From: an uncultured Sunxiuqinia sp.
GTDB lineage: Bacteria; Bacteroidota; Bacteroidia; Bacteroidales; Prolixibacteraceae
Reading direction: 5' to 3'
Length of the DNA stretch: 64,000 bases
Assembly: GCA_965140765.1 (NCBI GenBank)
Contig: OZ223309.1
Location: forward strand, 1,003,470 to 1,067,469
Below the pieces are notes generated by a model, which was not told the origin of the DNA, did no database searches, and saw only the letters and a list, made by a program, of their open reading frames with translations. Shown one piece after another: positions 59,601 to 64,000 of the stretch. The translations under genes and the position numbers were made by a program. The number at the start of each line of letters is the position of its first letter. The first letter of the stretch is position 1.

Positions 59601-60465
59601 TCTGTAACTCCAATTCCGAAGAATCTTTCACAACATTTATGCGTTCATTGTCTATCTTCGTGGTTAAGGAATTTATTTCTATAGTGATATTCTCATTTGC
59701 TTTTCTCAGTTCATCTATTTTTTCATCTATATTCCCCAGATGATCATTAAAAGCGGGCACAGATGAAGTATCCGAAGAATTTGATTCATGCATTTCCAAA
59801 TCAGGTCGACTTTCTGTCGACTTTTTTGTCATGTATGAGGAAATTTGTTCCTCATTTTTTTTAATTTGGCTATTTAACTTTACTATCTTTTCAGAAATAC
59901 TGTCAAAAATAATCTTTTGGTCTTCATAGGCGCACTCAATCGCATTATCATAATTCGTAGTAAAAATGTTGTTCCACTTCAAAGAGATTAATCTTTTATG
60001 CAGATCTAGGCTATTCAAAGGCACTCTTTTACTTGCTCTTTTTGAATGTAAAAATTTCAAGCTATATTCATCAGTATCTAATGACTTTTCGATGATAGGG
60101 ATATGTTCTTCGATGTAGGCATCTATTGATTCTCGGAAACCTTTTCTCTTGATATATTGGGAGACAAGATCCAAATATCCTTCTCTGCATATTATATCCG
60201 CAATAATAAATTGTTGATTAAATATTTTTGAAGCTTTAGGAATCCCCAACCTATCAATTCCCTTCATTTTTAATTTGTGCTCTATTTCGGGCTTGTACAT
60301 CTCAATTACCATGTCGCAAAGTAGCTCTGACCAGTTTGGGAAGATATTGCTGATGTTTTTGCTAAAGCCAGAGCCAACCAGCAGTGATACTTTTTCTCTA
60401 TCAAGTAAATTTTTTAACGATTTTAGAGCAGAAACCGGGTTGTCAGATAATATTTTATCGTCCAT
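56620..60465 (-). CDS. Large SIR2-like domain protein (sirtuin NADase plus helical C-terminal region)
   Basis: LLVGSGFS, NWSELL, FTTNYD, IKLHGS and LIGFSGIDPNF sirtuin motifs; 1281 aa. Confidence 0.88.
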   Translation of the reverse strand: MDDKILSDNPVSALKSLKNLLDREKVSLLVGSGFSKNISNIFPNWSELLCDMVIEMYKPEIEHKLKMKGIDRLGIPKASKIFNQQFIIADIICREGYLDLVSQYIKRKGFRESIDAYIEEHIPIIEKSLDTDEYSLKFLHSKRASKRVPLNSLDLHKRLISLKWNNIFTTNYDNAIECAYEDQKIIFDSISEKIVKLNSQIKKNEEQISSYMTKKSTESRPDLEMHESNSSDTSSVPAFNDHLGNIDEKIDELRKANENITIEINSLTTKIDNERINVVKDSSELELQKNRNIIKLHGSIPLDREENFFGFDGDVHKRYVICKDDYQDYPQKHEAFTQLMRITLLQDSFCLIGFSGIDPNFIAWINWVRDIIEKKSYQTANNKEESLNNSFKIYLVDIGNDELTIDKELFFKNHRIVKISLASNEIREFLGTTNREGKVVLKKFLTYLSDNKNNVTEEERIKSYKSIWEELSKSVFGHAMDEEKLIENIDKLWELKAYSKVKNFDVYEQNTSTDFLRYIDRNYKYFSSHEILPFFFKLLLLSLNDSYLIFSMHVIPDQTFEKIKDNVPVPFARPLNLLHIRGTILSNPNLAFDKIFEKKLSKDNDDELMYEKALYHAFNFSFPDLLFHLNNWTPNAHYVALKASLLAQINPKDAYNLLEDFVKDLASFSSLSNQEKINTYYLLLLTRSSVRWERDDKILDEINKLKALGAKDIRNNIEILSDKINKNIDNSIRPYPRGDFDFYHDMSGNDRFLLGVQYVQYLIQSGLFLEVQNARFIDHKDWYPSFKLVFEEFPFPALYYSLQYQDGNFTKRIGQDFVNSEKLNEKLSEIYQSLYRAYISEATLEKIKDSILYFLSEIVAAIPANEWENTFLKIWDLQLREGKQFSEIAFPIHSFVKKSLSYLATNKTIAHIIKSILNNRHKSELAINYLYILSSRKIIKHSEKYLIRTSIKLQIEEMIEEIPTHFIRSMYLLGNLEPIINFKQKTKIKEYLENTDLGKFDSYNIWYVVLIFAQNNVRIINNLKTAILKSKYLFASGVRFDKDGRMSATNEHFIQLRNFTKNKSLSDGIKWSREETLSLYNTLRRELSKIEKWGNRNKILLNFKDLLDEMRIFLLKEEHALKRLTDYEKITEKIDRLLSIEKGEGSLLQRLMDDTEEYYFHALEELTRYLFENSKVSPFENCIELVLSKILSISDPNLLFTLKKVAIWVRELKDEDCLKQYSEKLLLILERYKLHDFNNSYKPAYFLHLSTIAFVLSYWGIKNKVVDFWIEQGRNSRYNIM

Positions 60466-60566
60466 TTTGTAAATATATGATTTAGCAGAATAAAGATATT
60501 GAAATAAAAAAAGAGGATTAAGTTTTTCTGGTTATTTTCTCTTTAACTCAAATTCCTGTCAAATTT

Positions 60567-60727
60567 ATTGATCGCTTCCCGGAACGGTAAAGGGGAACTC
60601 GCTTTTCGTGGCTCGTTTCCTTCGGATGCGTTCATTCCGGTTACATCGGAATGACATGCACCCCGTTGACCTGATCCGGGACAGCTCAATGGTGGTATGC
60701 CAAAAATTTAAGTTTAATGGCGTGCCA
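60567..60727 (+). promoter_or_regulatory. Structured upstream element, copy 1 (before ardC)
   Basis: Long imperfect stem 60567-60595 with 60661-60690, plus second stem 60693-60702 with 60718-60727; homologous to 62541-62714. Confidence 0.7.
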
Positions 60728-60788
60728 GAGATCCCCTTGGTTTCTTCAAGGGTGCCAAAGCAAGTCCGAAAGGCATCGGCAGTTTCCC

Positions 60789-61703
60789 ATGAATACTTCA
60801 TTTGACATTTACGAAATGGTTACCAATCTGATTATCGAACGCCTTGAAAAAGGTGTCATTCCTTGGCAGATGCCGTGGAAAGCCGAAACAGGCTTGCCCC
60901 AGAACATGGTTTATAAAAAGGTTTACCGTGGTTTTAACTTCTGGTTGTTGCTGACCGTGGTCGATCAGTTCGGTTCCCCATTTTTCCTGACCTTCAAACA
61001 GGTCAAGGAGCTTGGCGGGCATGTCCTGAAAGGCGAAAAAGGTTTCCCAGTTGTATTCTGGAAAATCCTTGAAAAGGAAGAGAAAGACGGCGGTATCGAC
61101 CAAATCCCGTTCCTCCGGTACTATACCGTTTTCAACCTGAAACAGACCGAAGGGATCGATGAAAGCAAAATCCCGTCCACGGAAGCCTACGATCACAATT
61201 TTGACCCGATCGGGCAAGCCGAGCAGTTGATCGAATACTGGTCTGATTGTCCCGAGATCAAACTAGACCAGTCCCATGCTTTCTATTCACCTACAGGTGA
61301 CTATATCGGGATGCCAAACCCTCGGACTTTCTTTCAGGACGAGCAATTTTACAGCGTTTTGTACCATGAAAGTGTCCACGCTACCGGCCACATTAACCGA
61401 ACAGGCAGGCATGAAAAACTCCCAGACCACAAGTTTGGTTCACAAGACTACAGCCAAGAGGAACTGGTAGCTGAACTGGGTGCTGCCTACCTATGCCATA
61501 TCACCGGTATCCAAAATGCCACGATTGACAACAGTGCCGCATATATCAAAAGCTGGATCGGTAAATTCAAGGAAGATAAAAAGATGTTGCTGACAGCTTC
61601 GTCCCAGGCACAAAAGGCAGTGGACTATATCCTGGAGCACCAATCCAATCCCAACCGGCCAGCAAGCGCAAACCGGGCAGGGCAATTGGCGGAGGCGGTT
61701 TAG
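60789..61703 (+). CDS. ardC: ArdC-family anti-restriction ssDNA-binding protein with zincin-like domain
   Basis: LEKGVIPW..PW, YRGFN, FLTFKQ...GG.V.KGEKG, LRYYTVFN, HESVH (HExxH), EELVAE; ATG at 60789. Confidence 0.92.
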   Translation: MNTSFDIYEMVTNLIIERLEKGVIPWQMPWKAETGLPQNMVYKKVYRGFNFWLLLTVVDQFGSPFFLTFKQVKELGGHVLKGEKGFPVVFWKILEKEEKDGGIDQIPFLRYYTVFNLKQTEGIDESKIPSTEAYDHNFDPIGQAEQLIEYWSDCPEIKLDQSHAFYSPTGDYIGMPNPRTFFQDEQFYSVLYHESVHATGHINRTGRHEKLPDHKFGSQDYSQEELVAELGAAYLCHITGIQNATIDNSAAYIKSWIGKFKEDKKMLLTASSQAQKAVDYILEHQSNPNRPASANRAGQLAEAV

Positions 61704-61717
61704 CCTTCGCCTTTTTT
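61688..61717 (+). terminator. Terminator overlapping the ardC stop
   Basis: GGCGGAGGC/GCCTTCGCC hairpin followed by six T. Confidence 0.65.
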
Positions 61718-61757
61718 ATTCCAGAAAACCATAGTTGAACAATTAAAATCAAATAAT

Positions 61758-62465
61758 ATGAACCAGTTAAAGAGTTTTACCAACTATATACTTCAGATCG
61801 GCCATAAGTACGGTCTACATTCAGTGTTTGAAGATTTCCTTGAAATGACGGTCTGTACCTTATCCTTAGGGGCAAAAGAAGACCGTTACCTTGAGATTGT
61901 GCGGAACTACGAAAAGCCTGATGCTTACTTGATATCTGAAGCTTTTGGGGCGTTGGTAATGGAGATGGACAATAACGGACAAGGTTTGAAAGACTGCTTC
62001 GGGGACTTTTATATGGAATATATTAGTCACGGGCATAACGGACAGTTTTTTACCCCGGAGCCGGTATGTGAGATAATGGCTAGGATTTCGAACCCGTCCG
62101 GGTTTGGCGAGCGTATGGCAGATTGTTGCTGCGGATCGGGAAGGATGTTGTTGGCAGCAGCAAAAATCAGTCGGGATTCACTATTCTTTGGGGCAGATAT
62201 TGACCGGACGTGTGCAATGATGTGCCTGATCAACCTGTGCTTGAACGGGCTTCTGGGTGAAGTCTGCTGGATGGACACTCTAATGAACCGTTTTTATGCA
62301 GGTTGGAGAATCGAACTTCACCCGGAACATTGTGTCCCATACATCAGGGAAATATCAGAAACCGAAAGTTATATGGTTTGGAGACTACCCGAGAAAAGAC
62401 AGAAAATCATTGATAAACAGGTGGCAAAAGCAGGAGTATCCCAGCAGTTGCTGTTTGAGTTCTAG
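61758..62465 (+). CDS. Short N6-adenine methyltransferase-fold protein (HsdM-like fragment)
   Basis: GQFFTP, DCCCGSGRMLL (motif I), GADID; no NPP(Y/F) motif present. Confidence 0.8.
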   Translation: MNQLKSFTNYILQIGHKYGLHSVFEDFLEMTVCTLSLGAKEDRYLEIVRNYEKPDAYLISEAFGALVMEMDNNGQGLKDCFGDFYMEYISHGHNGQFFTPEPVCEIMARISNPSGFGERMADCCCGSGRMLLAAAKISRDSLFFGADIDRTCAMMCLINLCLNGLLGEVCWMDTLMNRFYAGWRIELHPEHCVPYIREISETESYMVWRLPEKRQKIIDKQVAKAGVSQQLLFEF

Positions 62466-62484
62466 GGGGCTATGCCCCTTTTTT
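62466..62484 (+). terminator. Terminator after the methyltransferase-like gene
   Basis: GGGGC-TAT-GCCCC followed by six T. Confidence 0.6.
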
Positions 62485-62540
62485 GTTCGTATGACTTTTG
62501 ATCAGGTAAAACCACTCCATTTAAAATTGCAGGCAAAGTT

Positions 62541-62714
62541 ATTGATCGCTTCACGGAAAAGTCAAGGGCGGCCTCCCTTGGCCAATAGATCCAACGCTTT
62601 GCCGCACTCCGTGCTCGGTCAGCTTTTTGCCCCAGCAAAAACCAGACTTTCACCCTTGACAAGAATCCGTGATAGCTCAATGACCGGTTACGCCGAAATT
62701 TTAACCGGCGTGCC
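62541..62714 (+). promoter_or_regulatory. Structured upstream element, copy 2 (before 62753)
   Basis: Stem 62541-62568 with 62653-62681, second stem 62686-62695 with 62706-62714; covaries with copy 1. Confidence 0.7.
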
Positions 62715-62752
62715 AGATGCCAAAATAAACCTCCAGGGCAGGAGTAAAATCT

Positions 62753-63115
62753 ATGACAAATACAGCTAAAAAGCTCAATGCTGAAAGTAAGGAACAACAA
62801 AACAAAACTTCTTTGGAAGTTGTGAAAAAAGAAGAAAAAGCAGTTTCCGAAGTTCCCTCATTGGAAAAGCGTATCCAGAAAGTGGAAGATTTGAGCATGC
62901 TCATCGAAAAGTGGCGCAAACTGACGGAAACCCGCAGAAACCTTCAGACCTTTTCATTAGGGGCCGATGGTATGGGGGCAACAATTTTCCTCAGGGACGC
63001 TTCCGGTAAGGAGTTCAAGACTTCCAATACCCCGGTTGTGTTAGCTGTGATGGAAGAAATCAAAACCACACTGGATGGAAAAATTAAAGAGGTTGAAGAA
63101 CAAATCAAGTTCTGA
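62753..63115 (+). CDS. Conserved-looking ICE hypothetical protein
   Basis: 120 aa, coiled N-half, FKTSN motif, own upstream element and terminator. Confidence 0.75.
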   Translation: MTNTAKKLNAESKEQQNKTSLEVVKKEEKAVSEVPSLEKRIQKVEDLSMLIEKWRKLTETRRNLQTFSLGADGMGATIFLRDASGKEFKTSNTPVVLAVMEEIKTTLDGKIKEVEEQIKF

Positions 63116-63122
63116 AAAAGAG

Positions 63123-63147
63123 AGAGGCGAAATGCCTCTTTTTTTTT
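63123..63147 (+). terminator. Terminator after 62753 gene
   Basis: AGAGGC/GCCTCT hairpin followed by a long T-run. Confidence 0.7.
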
Positions 63148-63411
63148 GTCGTTATCGAAATAGAAATTTAGCCACCTCCCTGCAGTATATTATGTCTGGT
63201 CAGTTCAAAAGGTATTGACTATTGGTTTTTTTTTAAATTTTTTAAATTGTAAGGTAGATGTTTTTCTCATTGGTTTCTAAAAAAGAATTGGCTAGTGGTA
63301 AAGAGTCATATTCAATTTTCATTCCAATATAAGATGTTGATAATAAAAAGGAAATCATGCAGTGTACTTGACCATAAATAAATAACTTTATCTATCATAA
63401 AGAATTTGAAT

Positions 63412-64000
63412 ATGAGCATTCTCAATTGGAAAATTTTCAGTTTGAAATATGACCAAAAGGAAACTGGTGCTTTTGAAGATCTATCCTACTTACTTTTTTG
63501 TGCAGAATTGGGCAATCGTATAGGTCTATTTCGTTATAAGAATCAGGCTGGAATTGAAACGGAAACCATTACAAAAGAAGGAGTTGTCTATGGATTTCAA
63601 TCAAAATACTACACCACTCCAATTTCAAGCAATAAAGCTGAAATAATTGAATCAGTAAAAAAGGCCAAGCGAGAAAATCTTTCAATAGATAAAATCTTGT
63701 TTTACCTAAATCAAGAATTTTCAGAAAGTACAAAATTTGGAGTAAAGAAACCAAAATATCAGTTAGAAATAGAAGATGAAGCAAAGAAATTGAATGTTGA
63801 AATAGACTGGCGTGTTCCAAGTCATTTTGAGATACAACTTTCATTGGCAGAAAATAAATACATACATAACCTATTTTTCCAGTTAAAATCTAATTCCGGT
63901 GATTTAATTGAAGAGGTAAAAAGACATAATGAAATTATCCTCGCCCCAATAAGAACAGAAATACATTTTAACGATGAGATAATAAAAATTGACAGAATAG
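63412..64000 (+). CDS. avs4: Avs4 (AVAST type 4)-like antiviral STAND protein, N-terminal nuclease domain; truncated by the window end
   Basis: Not in the ORF track. Manual translation: MSILNWKIF...FEDLSYLLFC...FRYKNQAGIETE...GFQSKYY...ILFYLNQEF...WRVPSHFE, open to the window end. This matches the Mrr-like N-terminus I recall for E. coli Avs4 (NW..F...FE..CYLLFC...FRYKNQSGIET...QSKFY...WRV.S.FE). Confidence 0.82.
   Translation, partial: MSILNWKIFSLKYDQKETGAFEDLSYLLFCAELGNRIGLFRYKNQAGIETETITKEGVVYGFQSKYYTTPISSNKAEIIESVKKAKRENLSIDKILFYLNQEFSESTKFGVKKPKYQLEIEDEAKKLNVEIDWRVPSHFEIQLSLAENKYIHNLFFQLKSNSGDLIEEVKRHNEIILAPIRTEIHFNDEIIKIDRI

Larger units (their letters stand above)
16253..64000. mobile_element. 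Bacteroidetes-type integrative conjugative element inserted at tRNA-Lys; right end outside the window
   Basis: Integrase directly after the tRNA, rteC, excisionase, tra operon, coupling protein, oriT-like site, relaxase and ardC. No attR duplication of the tRNA 3' end was noticed, so both boundaries are approximate. Confidence 0.88.

Noticed and set aside
53834-60465. Canonical Thoeris (ThsA/ThsB) call for the SIR2 plus TIR pair
   Set aside because: Sizes (1281 and 914 aa) are far above ThsA and ThsB and no SLOG or Macro domain was recognised.
53834-60465. Short prokaryotic Argonaute system (SPARTA/SPARSA)
   Set aside because: No MID-PIWI gene adjacent and no APAZ-like region recognised.
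60565-60805. Short ORFs over the ardC leader and the extended ardC start at 60717
   Set aside because: They lie on the structured element; ATG 60789 gives the usual ArdC N-terminus.
61758-62465. Type I restriction-modification system or pseudogene of hsdM
   Set aside because: No hsdS or hsdR nearby; the ORF has a clean start, stop and terminator and no frameshifted remainder was seen.
62296-62919. ORFs 62296-62769, 62462-62800 and 62701-62919
   Set aside because: They cross a terminator and the second structured element or are antisense to 62753.
63569-63844. 91-aa minus-strand ORF
   Set aside because: Antisense to the Avs4-like frame.
16253-64000. Prophage
   Set aside because: No capsid, terminase, tail or lysis genes; the integrase and initiator-like genes are accompanied by a conjugation system.
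16253-64000. attR direct repeat of the tRNA-Lys 3' end
   Set aside because: Not noticed by eye in the window; the element appears to continue past 64000. An exact search was not possible.

Overview
The window is from a Bacteroidota chromosome; gene content suggests a Marinilabiliales/Prolixibacteraceae-like organism (inference). Bases 1-16 kb are host genes: a glucosylglycerate cluster (HAD hydrolase, GpgS-like synthase, GH13_18 phosphorylase), PPi-dependent phosphofructokinase, an ECF sigma/anti-sigma/Spy-like cluster, a sulfate operon (SLC13 permease, cysD, cysNC) and tRNA-Lys(TTT) at 16177-16252. Directly after the tRNA a Bacteroidetes-type integrative conjugative element (ICE) begins and runs past the window end. 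In order it carries a tyrosine integrase; an AT-rich polysaccharide utilisation locus (PUL: ECF sigma, FecR, SusC, SusD, GH2, GH43, beta-helix protein, unknown enzyme, GH5-like); rteC directly behind the last PUL gene; an excisionase/initiator-like/DnaC-like ATPase module; a compact tra operon with coupling protein; an oriT-like site with mobilisation protein and relaxase; an AT-rich defence island (S8 protease convergent with an AAA ATPase, a 914-aa TIR protein, a 1281-aa SIR2 protein); an anti-defence-type module (ArdC, a short methyltransferase-fold protein, a hypothetical); and the start of an Avs4-like gene. The strongest leads are: (1) the TIR protein appears to carry a DSR2-like sensor body, an effector swap, and sits in tandem with a giant SIR2 protein; (2) a possible glycan-to-conjugation circuit, with rteC at the tail of the PUL and one 27-bp palindromic box in front of both the excision and tra operons; (3) a duplicated, covarying hairpin element upstream of ardC and the hypothetical gene; (4) iteron-like repeats inside the initiator-like gene. 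No database searches were run. Family calls rest on motifs and recalled family sequences.
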